DNA of 64,000 bases from Eledone cirrhosa (taxonomy: Eukaryota): positions 197,098,001-197,162,000 of the forward strand of contig OZ024742.1 in the NCBI GenBank assembly GCA_964016885.1, in the 5' to 3' direction. Of the stretch, positions 40,323-52,867 are shown piece by piece. Numbering within the stretch: the stretch's first letter is position 1; every line of letters starts with the position of its first letter. Below the pieces are notes generated by a model that worked only from the letters and a program-made list of their open reading frames with translations, was not told where the DNA came from and did no database searches. The position numbers and the translations under genes are program-made.

Positions 40323-40589
40323 AATAACATGAAATTGTATTATTTTCGTGAAAAAGTAACTAATGGAATCTGAATTCTAAGGATATATGTTTCGTATTTT
40401 ACTGTTGTTTATCTTTGATTCTTTGCTGAATATTAAACAAGCCGCTAAATACACACAGGTATCTATAGCTAGTTAAATAGACACCCATATCTATTACTGT
40501 TACGTCTCCATTGTTGCTGACGACGAGTGCTCCAGTTGATTCATTTAACTGTCTGCTTGTGAAATTAACATATAAGTGGTTGACCATTC

Positions 40590-40850
40590 TACAGAACCAC
40601 CTCCCTGCTCACCACCATCGACTCAGAGTTGTCTACCCGCAGGTGTGAGCCTCACCAGCTCTAATGGCTCTTCCAGCGCGTCTCCCTCACCATCCTCCGG
40701 GGAAACGCCTTCTCTATTCTGTCCGCCGGCGCCGCGGGATGGCCAGCGTGTGGGCCCCTATTTGCTCATAATCGTCAGAGATGGGGAGAGCGGGAGGCAT
40801 TGACAGTGGGAGTTTGGTTCCTTTGTGTTCGAACCTGGTGTATTATGTGT
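40590..40850 (+). mobile_element. CRE-like 3' fragment; relatives at 44588-44910 and 48148-48310
   Basis: tggctcttccagcgcgtctccctcaccatcctccggggaaacgcc = WLFQRVSLTILRGNA. Confidence 0.8.
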
Positions 40851-41139
40851 ATATAAGAGGGAATGCGTCTTGATGTGTAAATCAGCAGCTGGAGTAAATT
40901 CAGTAGAGTTAATATTCATTCACCTAGTTAATTATCAGACACAACGTGTGACAAGGCTGACTGATTGAATTACAGGAACAATTTATTTTTGCCAGCTGAG
41001 GGGACTGGAGTACGTGAAATAAAGCGTCTTGCTCAAGGACATGAAGCGCCGCCCAGTCCGAGAATCGAACTCACGACCTTACGATCCTGAACCGAATACC
41101 CTAACCACTATGTCACGCACCTTCACAACAACACCTACG

Positions 41140-42262
41140 ACTAGTTAAATACACACCAAGTATTTATTACTAGTTAAAAACATAGTAAGGCCAATAACTA
41201 GTTAAATATACAGTAAAATATATAACTAGTTAAGTATACACCAATCCATTACTAGTTTAATATTCACCAACCAATTACTAGTTAAATATTCATCGATCAA
41301 TTACTCGTTAAGTATACAGCATTGTGGATTGGCAGTATCAGTAGAGGGTCGGACGCCATGCTTTCCAGCATAGTTACGTCCCTTTACGATCTGAGTTCAA
41401 ATCCCGCCGAGATTGACTTGGCCTTTCATCCTTACGGGGTCGACAAAATAAAGTACCAGTAATGCACTGGGTAATTGCTGGCCTTGTGCCTAACGTAGAA
41501 ACAATTATCTATTATTAGTTAAATACACACTAAGACCTGTAACTAGTTAAGTACATACCATTATATATTCTCTTATTCCTGAGAAGATGGTGGGGTCCTC
41601 AGACAAACCAACAAACCATCAAGTTGGTCCTGTCAGAAGCAACCGGCTCCATCTAGTCCGGCGGAATCCTCAGGCGAGACCAGCTAAGCTCATGGATGTT
41701 ATCCAATCATCTTGTTCGGGATCTATCTCTTGGTCTCCTGCCGGCTGGTTTTGCCTGTAAAATCTGACCAGTGATTCTTTCCTGAGATATTCTAACCACT
41801 TGCCCATAGTATTGGAGCTGTTGTCTCTCAATTCGGAGAAATAGCGGCTCTTCCTGGAGTGACTCTCTGATCTCCGAGCGACGCACTCTATCGAATAACG
41901 TTACTCCAAAGACCCTTCGGAGGAACCCCATTTCGGCCGCTTGTATTAGCGATCGTATTCTTTCGGTCATGACCATAGGTAAGGGTTGGATAATATATAT
42001 ACCAAGATCTAGTTAACTATACAGCAATATCTATAGCTAGTTGAATATATATCCATCCATTAATAGCTAACTATTCAGCACGTCCCTTTACGGTCTGAGT
42101 TCAAATCCCGCTGACGTTAACTTTGCCTTTCATCCTTACGGGGGTCAATAAAATAAAGTACCAGTAATGTACTGGGTAATTGCTGGCCTTGTGCCAAAAG
42201 TAGAAACAATATCTAGAACTAGTTAAATCCCACTAAGTCCTACCACTAGTTAAATATATAAC
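41140..42262. repeat. Degenerate 26-29 bp periodic array with conserved ACTAGTTAAATA core, interrupted by two SINEs and an RTE fragment
   Basis: Cores at 41140, 41169, 41197, 41225, 41251, 41277, 41303, 41514, 41542, 42008, 42036, 42062, 42218, 42245. Confidence 0.8.
41565..41990 (-). mobile_element. RTE LINE 3' fragment
   Basis: MTERIRSLIQAAEMGFLRRVFGVTLFDRVRRSEIRESL..GRRPRDRSRTR. Confidence 0.9.
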
Positions 42263-42786
42263 ATTATCTATGACTTTCATAAGAACTTCCAACTCAAATA
42301 GAAAAAAGAAAAATTATATTTAACAGTGCAAAATAGATAACAAAGAAGACACCATATGGTAATTCCATCTGCTAGAAATCACAACCAAATTTCAGTCGAA
42401 TTGCATTCTACCATTTTGAAATAGAGGGACACATAGGATAACGTAGTATTAGATATACTACTTTAGGGGAAATAAGTGATGGTTATGGTGTGAATGTATT
42501 TGATCTTAGGTCTTGTGGGTCAGGAATGTCTTGGATAAAAATTTGGCGGCCTTAAATTATAAAAGGATGCTATAATGTCATCGAATATTCTATTGTAAAA
42601 GTTGGCAGAAAAGTTCATAGGCTGACCAAGATACTCTCATGGAATGACCAAATGAGGTTTATTTATCAACATAGTCCCTGGAAAGAAACAATGCAGTTAT
42701 TGATAAGAAGAGCTGAAATTAATGTATGCAAGATTTCTCAGATCTAGCATTAATCCTTCATAGCTAGCCTTTGGACATTCCAGTCG

Positions 42787-43066
42787 ATTCTCGGAACCTT
42801 CCAGTAAAGATTCTCGGAACCTTCCAGTAAAGATTCTCGTAACCTTCCAGTAAAGATTCTCGGAACCTTCCAGTAAAGATTCTCGGAACCTTCCAGTAAA
42901 GATTCTCGGAACCTTCCAGTAAAGATTCTCGGAACCTTCCAGTAAAGATTCTCGGAACCTTCCAGTAAAGATTCTCGGAACCTTCCAGTAAAGATTCTCG
43001 GAACCTTCCAGTAAAGATTCTCGGAACCTTCCAGTAAAGATTCTCGGAACCTTCCAGTAAAGATTC
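42787..43066. repeat. 23 bp minisatellite, 12 near-perfect copies
   Basis: Unit attctcggaaccttccagtaaag; a single substitution seen at 42840. Confidence 0.97.
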
Positions 43067-43414
43067 ATGTAAAAACAAAGCAGTTGACTTAAGAAGCATT
43101 AGGAAATTTAGAAATATGTGCAGCCCAACGCAATTGACTATAATAAAAGCCAACAATTTTGAGGGAGGGTAAAGTCGATTAAATCGACCCCAGAGCGTTA
43201 CTGGTACTTTATTTTATCGACATTGTAAGGGTGAAAGGCAAAGCTATCTTCGGCGGCATTTGAACTCGTAAAGGGGCTCAATGCTACAGACCATGTTGTC
43301 CGACACTCTACCGATATTGCCAATCCAACGCAGTTAACACCAAAGCTGATCACTGTAAATGATAGTTGCGAAAATTGAGTAAAGTACCGCTGGAGATGGA
43401 AAAAAAGGGACAGA

Positions 43415-43487
43415 GGCACACGCGCGGAATAGGATCCCGTATCTCACATATGCAGAACGAATGCGTTAACCCTTAGGCTAAAGCACC
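43415..43487 (-). pseudogene. Degenerate tRNA-like sequence (TGC at the anticodon position, Ala-like) followed by a T-run
   Basis: 73 nt GGTGCTTTAGCCTAAGGGTTAACGCATTCGTTCTGCATATGTGAGATACGGGATCCTATTCCGCGCGTGTGCC with T7 about 9 nt downstream; stems poorly paired. Confidence 0.45.
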
Positions 43488-44968
43488 GCTGGGCAACAAC
43501 TCCCTTTTTTTAGAAGAATATTAAGGTTTGTACCCAGCAATGTATAGGTGGCGAATTGGCAGAGTCGTTAGAGCGTCGGACAGAATGTTTTATGGTATTC
43601 ATTCCGGCTCTCTGAGTTCAAACCCCACCGAGGTCAACTTTGCACCCCTACGACTCTGTCAGGAATTACTGGCCCATACATACATAAAACTAGAGATGTA
43701 ACAAGGTAGTTCACTTAAGAAGCATTGGGAGATATATACATTGCAGTAATGCAAAGGTCAAACTGCATTTGACAATCACATGTAAAAACCAACGCTTTCA
43801 AATACTGGTGGAATGTTTTGACGAAATTGCATTACAAAACAAACAATTTGTTTTGTAAGAAGAACTATATAGCAGGCAAGTAGAAGATAGTGTTTAGCAA
43901 TTAAATGCAATACTGAATACTACTCATTGTGCTGGGTTGGGCTGGATTGCGTAGGTATGCAGAGCTTATACTGAAATAGAAATGTGAAAGAAATGTGAAA
44001 GAATGAAACCAAATCAGAGAAACTACGCCTGTGTCAACCACGGCTATCACAAATAGTAGTAAGGTTTACACACGAGGTATAATAAACATACTTTATAATT
44101 GTTGTTGATGCCGTCTCGCAGATCTTTGCAGTATGGCCAAGTGATTAACACGATTCTGTTAGAATGTTAGAGTAAACCTCTTAGCATTTTTACAGCGTAT
44201 TCTATCATTAATGACATGTAACTTCCGGGCAGACGGGAGGAAGCTGCAGAAAAATGTGGGTTAAAGAAAGGGGTATATAAAGAAGAGAGGGAATGAAGAA
44301 ATGTGTGATATAGAGGATTGTCGAAAACATTAATCACGAATAAGAAAGAAAAAAGAGAGAGAGAACTTAAAGAGCAAATGTTTGGCTGAAAACGAAGTTA
44401 GAATAGAAAGAAACGTGTAAAAGACAAGTATTAGAAAGAAAGTCGTGTACATAAGATTAATTGAAAAGTGAGACTTTGACGAAAAACAAAAACAAACATC
44501 CACAGAAATTACTGAATCTCACAGGCAAATATGTGTCAGTTCACACACACACACACATATACATACGTATCTACATACAGTCACACTTTCTCCAGCGGCA
44601 ACCTTGTGCAGTCTGGGACTAATCCAAACTCTGTTGCACTTGGGCCGAGAAGCGTAAACTCTCCAAATATCGGTCGCCTGTAGCAGTGGAGACTTCTGGT
44701 GTCCTTGGCCCTAGGACTACCTCTCTACTCACCACCATCGGCACGGAGCTGGCTACCCGCAGGTGTGAGCCTCGTGAGCTGGAATGGCTCTTCCAGTGCG
44801 TCTCCCTCACTATCCTCCGGGGAAATGCCTTCTCTATTCTCTCCGCCGGGACCACGGGGCGTTAGCGCGTGGACTCCTATTTGCATATAATAGTGAGAGA
44901 TAGGCAGTGAGTGAAAAAGGGTTAATTACACTTGATCAAACAATTTTATAATGACTGTCTGTAGATTA

Positions 44969-45158
44969 TATAGTAAAATCCGTTATAACGAAATTCACAG
45001 GGTACAAAAAAAATTCGTTGTAACAAAAACTACTCTATAACGAGATCGACCGAAACAAATCGAGCGTTTGTTTGTTATGACTTCGGGGATTGAAAAGAAT
45101 TTCGTTATACTGAAACATTCGTTATAATGGTATTCGTTATAACGGAATATTACCTGTA
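44969..45158. mobile_element. pogo/Tigger-like MITE
   Basis: Reverse complement of 21278-21451; TA flanks. Confidence 0.75.
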
Positions 45159-45539
45159 AGTATATACAGGTACAAGCTCAAATACTGTATCTACATCATC
45201 AAAGAACAAACAGGGAATACGTAACTGAAGGTCTTATAAACCTTACCAAACGTAGTAGTATCAATGGACATACTCATTTGCTGATGGTGGCAGTTAATGT
45301 TAGTATGTATTAAAGTGTACTCTAAACAGCTGAAATATAGTTCATATCTGTCCATACAAACTACAGGGCTAACAGAAAGTGTGTGAATGTGTTACTATAG
45401 TCATTAATTACGTATTTTCTTGAGGTTGTTTGTTGATGTAGATAGCCTCTGGTGAGATCACGATAGGAGTCGAAAATCAGTTAAGGATAGTAAGTAAGTT
45501 TGATATGTTTACGTATCTGCCGTCGGCGTCATACTTTTT

Positions 45540-45640
<101 letters not shown>

Positions 45641-45648
45641 GCATATAT

Positions 45649-45679
<31 letters not shown>

Positions 45680-45681
45680 GC

Positions 45682-45712
<31 letters not shown>

Positions 45713-45714
45713 GG

Positions 45715-46072
45715 TTATACTTTGGGAGGGTCATGTTGCCAATAAGAAACACACGCACCAGTTGTTTTCACTTCAATTTATTATATATTTATAACTTTAC
45801 AAATTTATAAATTTATAAATTTCTGGTTGGTTGGTTGGTTCCACAACCAGATAGTTGTTTATATATAGTCATAGTCCTTTCGTCACACACTCTGTGACCT
45901 CTTCAGTGACTGGGGATTCCTTTCTTTGTCTCCGTGCCTCTCCTTTGTTCTGTCCTACGCCATTTTGTTTCTGTGTGTTTCTTATTGGCAACATGACCCT
46001 CCCAAAGTATAACAATATCGGTTTCAACACACGATTTCAGATAAAGAACCTTGCTAAGCAAATTCAGAAACG
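45715..46072. mobile_element. PLE tail with inverted duplication
   Basis: ttatactttgggagggtcatgttgccaataagaaacacac mirrored at 45973-46012; lies between (TA)n tracts. Confidence 0.85.
45867..45911 (-). ncRNA. Minimal type I hammerhead ribozyme motif
   Basis: Minus strand: agtca-CTGAAGA-g-GTCACA-gagtg-TGTGAC-GAAA-ggac-TA-tgact. Confidence 0.78.
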
Positions 46073-46081
46073 ATATATATA

Positions 46082-46121
<40 letters not shown>

Positions 46122-46123
<2 letters not shown>

Positions 46124-46172
46124 CTTCCTGATGATTTCTCATGAATGAAACAGTTCCATTCCTGTAGAAGCT
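46122..46172 (+). ncRNA. Type I hammerhead ribozyme motif
   Basis: agcttc-CTGATGA-tttc-tcat-gaat-GAAA-CAG-ttccattc-CTG-TA-gaagct; GUA site; TATTGAGTAC at 46205. Confidence 0.8.
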
Positions 46173-46253
46173 TTTCTATATTAAAACATTTATACTCTGC
46201 TATGTATTGAGTACCTTACTTACTGTGGTTACCCCCGATTGAACCCGGAACAA

Positions 46254-46808
<555 letters not shown>

Positions 46809-46844
46809 TTCTCAATATATACACTCTGCCATAACATAGAACTC

Positions 46845-47498
46845 TGATTTTGGTACAATCCTCAGTAAACCACGAAACTACTGAGTCACCTAATACATAT
46901 GTGTGTGTGGGTACAAACGAACCACAGGAGGTCAAATCCTATGTGTGCATGGCGGAGGACCGATTTAAGGAACGTTTCCTGAACCGCCAGTCTACTTTCA
47001 GGTACCCGGACAGACGTTCATCCACGAAACTCGCGAGCCACGTATGGCTCCTCAAGGACTCAAGTATAGAGTACTCCATTCAATGGAAAGCCCTCACTAA
47101 GTCCAAGCCATACGCAAGGGGAAATCCGACGTGTGGCTTATGTATTGACGAACGAATAACTATTCTAAAGAGATTACGCAATAGTGATTGCCTAAACACG
47201 GGAAATTAATTTTTCACACGTTGTCCACACGTCGCCAAACACCTATTGCATAACTACAAGGCTCCGGACTGATTCTTTGTAATTTTTTTCAACCTAAAAA
47301 CTTTTCGGACTTTCGCAGTTATCTCCCTTATACCTCTCGTACGCATTCTAGTATTGCCTGTGTGGGGTGACCGGGTTTCTACGCATGCGCGTTCGTACGG
47401 TTGTCCTTCCTGTTCCTATAACCATGCCCATTCCGAGCTGAGGATCCGCTAAGGTGAAACAATTGTTCTCGGTATGGTGAACTAACTGTTGTGTAACC

Positions 47499-47500
<2 letters not shown>
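46845..47500 (+). mobile_element. Penelope-like element 3' end: GIY-YIG endonuclease plus hammerhead-bearing terminus
   Basis: KSYVCMAEDRFKERFLNRQSTFR..STKLASHVWLLKD..IQWKAL..CGLCIDE..LNTGN*FFTRCPH. Confidence 0.88.
47428..47477 (+). ncRNA. Type I hammerhead ribozyme motif in the PLE pseudo-LTR
   Basis: ccattccgag-CTGAGGA-tccgctaaggt-GAAA-CAATTG-T-T-ctcggtatgg; 9/10 bp stem I, palindromic stem III. Confidence 0.8.
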
Positions 47501-47559
<59 letters not shown>

Positions 47560-49379
47560 ATCTGTGCGTGTGTGTGTGTGTGTGTGTGTGTACACACACA
47601 CACATATATATATATATAATCTGTGCGTGTGTGGATGTGTGTGTAGATATATTTCATGAAAATCATTGTAAAATATTTAGAAACAACATTTACAGACAAA
47701 ATAATATAAAACGCTCGCCAGTGGCAGGAGTAACTCATAAATATAGAATACGGCTTCTTGGAATTATTTATAAAAGAGCAATTCTTAAATGTTGTGCAAT
47801 AGCTAAACATATATCAATTCGACATTTATTAGGCTAACATCAGCCTTATATCCGAAATAATTATGTCAGCAGGTGAACTTTGTTGAAAAGAGCACGACAG
47901 CTGTTAAGTAGCTATTTAATGAAAGATATTAGAATCATAAACAAAACGTAGTTAGCTAGAAATTTACAGAGGATCTCCGTAAGCCAGAGAAGCTGTCAAA
48001 TCCAGATAACATACACAACGTTTACCACTAGTATCTTCTGATACTGCAACAACTAATGATGAGGCAAGGAGCTTAGTGATAAGTACTAACCACCCACGCT
48101 TAATAAAGCTAGTCAACACAATATTATTATTTAAAAAATGTACTCCCTTACTCCGGGGAAACGCCTTCTTCATTCGGTCCGCCGGGGCAGTGGGGAGGCC
48201 AGCACTTGGGACCCCATTTGCTCACCATACGGAAAGATAGGGAGGGAAAGATAGATGGAGGCGATGCCAGTGGGAATTCGGCTCTTCCACGTTCGGGCCA
48301 TATCCTTGTGGTTGTGTTCATTAAGCAGTTAATGAGTCTGAATATGTTTAAAGACTATTAAGATTATTATCTTATTATTATTATTATCTATATTCCACAA
48401 GGAGGATGTTACATAAAATCATAGCTTCTAGATTTATCGCTACTTCATCTTACAGTCCATTTTGCATTGTTTAGTCTCCTTATTGTATTTGCCTTATTCA
48501 ACATATTTTATTTTTGAAACGAACTGCTACAAGAGAGACTCTTTACCCTCGTACCGCGTGAAAAAGCATTAGCAAGACGTTATTCAAAAATACAAAACAG
48601 TACAATAATTCCGCGTCTTGTCCCCCATCTCCCCCATTCTCCTGTGACCCTACAGCCTTTCCCTTCCTTTTCCGTTTTCATAACCACAAAGGACACTTGC
48701 ATTTTTTCAATAAAACCTGTAGTAGAATGATTACAATATATTAAAACTTAGATTCTATAACTATCTGTCCGCAATTAAAGACACTATACACATTTGAATT
48801 AACAGACACATTTAAGATATTTTAAAGTAACTCATTACAGGATGTTAAGAGTTAAGAGCAATAGAAAATTCTATAGAGATAAGGGTGAGAGTGTATATAT
48901 GTATTATAAAACTAACAACAACAAAAGGCAAGTGGCAGTAAAATCTACAATGTACAGACTGTTATTAAAAAGAAAAACAAATAAACAAAAATAACTGAAA
49001 AGAAAAACATAATGACATCCGAAATACCCAACCTGTTACATACAGAAGTTTTGTATGTATGTATGTATGTATGTATGTATGTATGTATGTATGTATGTAT
49101 GTATGTATGTATGTATGTATGTATGTATGTATGTATGTATGTATGTGCATACATATCCCTCATATTACACGCTACCATACCGTTTTAATAAAGGACACAT
49201 TGAATAATACAGTGTGTATGAACAACAGACGGCTGGAACACTTTTTATCACATGTCTGCTCGATCCAGACTGATCTAGCTTTAAACAACAAATTTCTCAA
49301 GAATTACATAGAACGTGATCACGTTCAATAGTAATTCTTAAAAATAAATATAAATTTAAATAAATATGTCAAACATTTT

Positions 49380-50490
49380 TCGAGGTCTACGAAGCAAGCA
49401 TACTCCTCTTGGCAATACTCCCACGATTTATCGAAGACCTGCCACAGTAGAGTGAATATTTTGTCGGTTGTGCTATGTCCAGGGTGAAAATCGCAATGTT
49501 CGTTAACTAGCTTAGACTCAACAATATTCTTACATCACTTTGTCAGGGTTTACCAGGTAGGCTTAACAAGGAGGTTCCTCTATAATTAGAGCAATCTCTG
49601 TTTACCTTTTTGAAAAGGCATATAACATCGAAAAGGCATATGGACACGTTCCACGGGACTTGTAGAATGTTCTTCAGGAGTACGGGATCAACGGACAGCT
49701 TTTTGTTGCATTGAAGCCCCTATATTTGAATTCAGTTGAATGGTGCTAAGACGAAACTATTCAATGTGCGTATTGTCACCTCTCTTTTTCATAATCCTCA
49801 TGAACAGGGTTGGCATGCGTAACCAGGCTGAAAGGGATATCAAAACCAGTGGGTAGAGAACCAGTTGGCTGGAATTTGCTGACGACATGGTACTACTTAA
49901 ATTGTGGGAAAGTGGCTTTCTACATCACTGGACATGTTTGCTGCTCAAAAAAGCCCGCGTGGTGATCTCTGCGGCAGGTTCAGCATTCGGTCATCAGACG
50001 AAGGGAGGAGGTATAAAAGCCAAACTCGCTATCTTCAATTTAATATTCATGCCTACTCTTACCTATGGTCATTAATCTTGGGTAATGACCGAAATAATAC
50101 AATCGCGAATATAAGTGACCGAAATAGTGTTCCTCTGAAGGGTCTTTTGTGTAACGTTACTCGATAGCGTACGTAGCTTGGAGAGCAGATAGTCACTCCA
50201 GGTAGAGCCGCTACTTCTCCGAATTGAGAGATCACAGCTCCGGTGCTACGAATGTGTGTTTAGAATATCTCAGGAAAGAATCGCTGGACAGAGTCTACGT
50301 TCAAGGTCATCTGGTAGGAAACCCTGAGGTAGACCACGAGCAAGATAGTTGAATAACATCGATAAGCTTGGTTAGTCTCGCTGGGATCTCCAGACGTTTC
50401 ATTTGGATACAGTTGCTTCTGAAAAGACTCTCTGGAAAGAGCGTCTGATTACTCTGTCCTACGATATTCCCAAGAATAAGAAAAAGAAGA
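49380..50490 (+). mobile_element. RTE LINE RT to 3' end, decayed, with inverted 5' piece (49380-49615, minus)
   Basis: LEFADDMVLL; KAKLAIFNLIFMPTLTYGH; the minus-strand piece reads EHCDFHPGHSTTDKIFTL. Confidence 0.85.
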
Positions 50491-51519
50491 GGTCAAACTC
50501 TATTAATTTAAAGATATGAGATAAGGAATCTTTCAAAACATTAGAAATAGTTCCTTACATTGGATATATTTCTTTATTTAAAGTTCACACGCAATTTAGA
50601 ATGTTTTGTAATTATATTTGTCTCAGGATAACAGCAACAATGAACTACTTGGGAATGGTAAAATATGTGGGGTTGCGTTTTCTGTATTGGGTCAGAAGAT
50701 AACAATGAATTGATCTAAATATATTGGAGGTTGCAGTTTATGAAATTCAAACCGTTTCTGATCAAATTTAAATTCAGAACATGAAACTAAAACGAAAATG
50801 ATATAAACGTGTTATTGTCTCTACCCCAAATAGCTAAGAAATGGACAGGAAGGGATGAAAGACAAAGACCCAGGTAATCAGGTAGATTTTCGAAGACTAA
50901 TGGACTACGGTTAAATTTATGGTTTAGAGTTTTTCTATATAGAATGATGAAGATATATACCGCTATAAAACACATTCAGGTAGAGTAATTTTCATATTTG
51001 ATGATCCGGTGCTCTTAAAAGATATTTAATCGATCTGTTCTAAAGCGTGTCTCGAGCCCGGGGGCTCATCAGGGCGGTGCTTAACCCGGTTTCGGTGGTC
51101 CATCGCAGAGTTAAGTCCGAAGCTGGTACTCAGTTTCATCTAAGTATACTGGAGCAACGTGAAATGAAGTGTTTTGTTCAGGAACACAACACACAACCTA
51201 GTCTAGGAATCAAACCCACGGCATTATGATCGTAACTCCTACACCTGTACTACTAGGCTACGTGCCTCCACAATCATCAATCTAGTGAAGCCAATTAAAT
51301 TCCTTTTTATGAAACCTCTTTTAATTAAAAGTGTTTAAATCATAAAGCATAGACTTTATTGTAATAGAAAATATCGAGTAAACAGAAAATCTGTAAAATA
51401 CAGTTTTTCTGTACAATAAGGAAATAAAAAAGGAGAGGAAAATAAGAAAAAGAGTAAGAAAGGAAGAGGAGGAGAGAGTGAGAGACTGTACATTCGAGTG
51501 TGAGCGGTGTTTCAGCTGC

Positions 51520-51770
51520 GCCACGTGGACAACATGGCAAAGGTATTGTTGCGGAGAATGCCAGCAAAACCCGCTACAACAGTCAACCCACTTCATGAGG
51601 TTCCTTTCTGAAGTTCCTTCCTGAAGCTGGCTGCTGTCTTTTCGATTTTACGAAGAAAATCAGCAGTGCGTGGTCCGAGGACATTTGAGGTCTCGAGGGC
51701 GTCCGGTACAAGAATGAAACGGTCAACCAAGCCCCGGGATTTAGTTATCTTCCTCTCCTCTGCAGTTTAA
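51520..51770 (-). mobile_element. CRE-like RLE 3' fragment
   Basis: AEERKITKSRGLVDRFILVPDALETSNVLGPRTADFL..ILRNNTFAML. Confidence 0.8.
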
Positions 51771-52236
51771 GATTATTTGAAATCTGATACGATTATTCTA
51801 GAGTTGTATAGTTGTAAAGCTTTTAAAAAGGTGACAATGTCACAAGATACTTCTTGAATGACGGTACTATACCAGGAGGTGGCAGATATACATACACGTG
51901 AGTTTATTGTACTAGATGGAGGCAAATACTATTGCATTTGGTGGAGCTGTGAGAGAAAATGTTTACGCTTCAGATACTGTGTAGACTAGGGTCTCCGTCG
52001 AAAGGTCTCTGGTACGAAGGGTTAATCTCCGACATGAATAGTTTGGTGCAGTGTTGGTATAGCTAGGGGGGGGGGGATGTTTTCTTTATCAACCTATATT
52101 TAGGGAGATGTAATATGTTTTGTTGTGGAGGGTGTAATATTTTGGCTGCATTAATTGTTTATATTTATTTTCACTGTTTAGTTTGTTAATATGGTTATGA
52201 TATATTATTAAATGGTTAGTTAAAGATTATTAATTA

Positions 52237-52537
52237 CACTGTTCAACACACTTTTGGATGAATTAGGTTTAGTTTTTAGCTAATTTAGAGGTGCTGATTT
52301 CAAATATGGCATCCATTTCCCCACACACATCAGGTTTTCATGTTTGTCTTTCGCTCGGCTATTCCATAAACACAGGAAACACAAATATTCTGTATACCCT
52401 CCTTGTTGGTCAAGTGGAAACTTGACGTCATAGAAAAAAAAAGTATTGTCATTTTAAAACTCAGCGGTCGCAAATTACTCAAGAATAGGTTTCAAACTTA
52501 GGTCAGTCGAAAAAAAGCAAAATTTCGTTGACCAATG
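52237..52537. mobile_element. Non-autonomous TIR element, Chapaev3-like
   Basis: Termini cactgttcaac / gttgaccaatg with TTA on both sides (CAC termini, 3 bp TWA TSD). Confidence 0.55.
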
Positions 52538-52867
52538 TTATTTGTGTTGAACGTATGCAGTTGAGTAATTCCATTTCGTGAGGTCGATTTTGGTTGGTTA
52601 AGGTCTCTTGTTTACCTTTATTTCTATGCTGAATGTGGTTACGTGATATATAATTTCCTACTATATACATAGGTTTATTATACCAGGAGATAGATATCAT
52701 CAATACACGTGGGTTTACTATACCAGGAGGAGACTCAAATTATATATATGTGGGTTTTTGTTCGTCCTAAGGAATCCCCTCAAGATGAGAATTTTGGAGC
52801 GAGGGATCGCAAAACAAAATGTTACATGACTTGAGGTTATGAAGAATTGTATCATAAACTGGTCGAT

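Noticed and set aside
41140-41320. CRISPR array
   Set aside because: 12 bp cores with 14-17 nt related linkers, eukaryotic context, no cas genes
42697-43156. ORFs with repeated ENLYWK peptides, or a CRISPR-like repeat
   Set aside because: Pure 23 bp tandem repeat with no spacers; the ORFs are by-products
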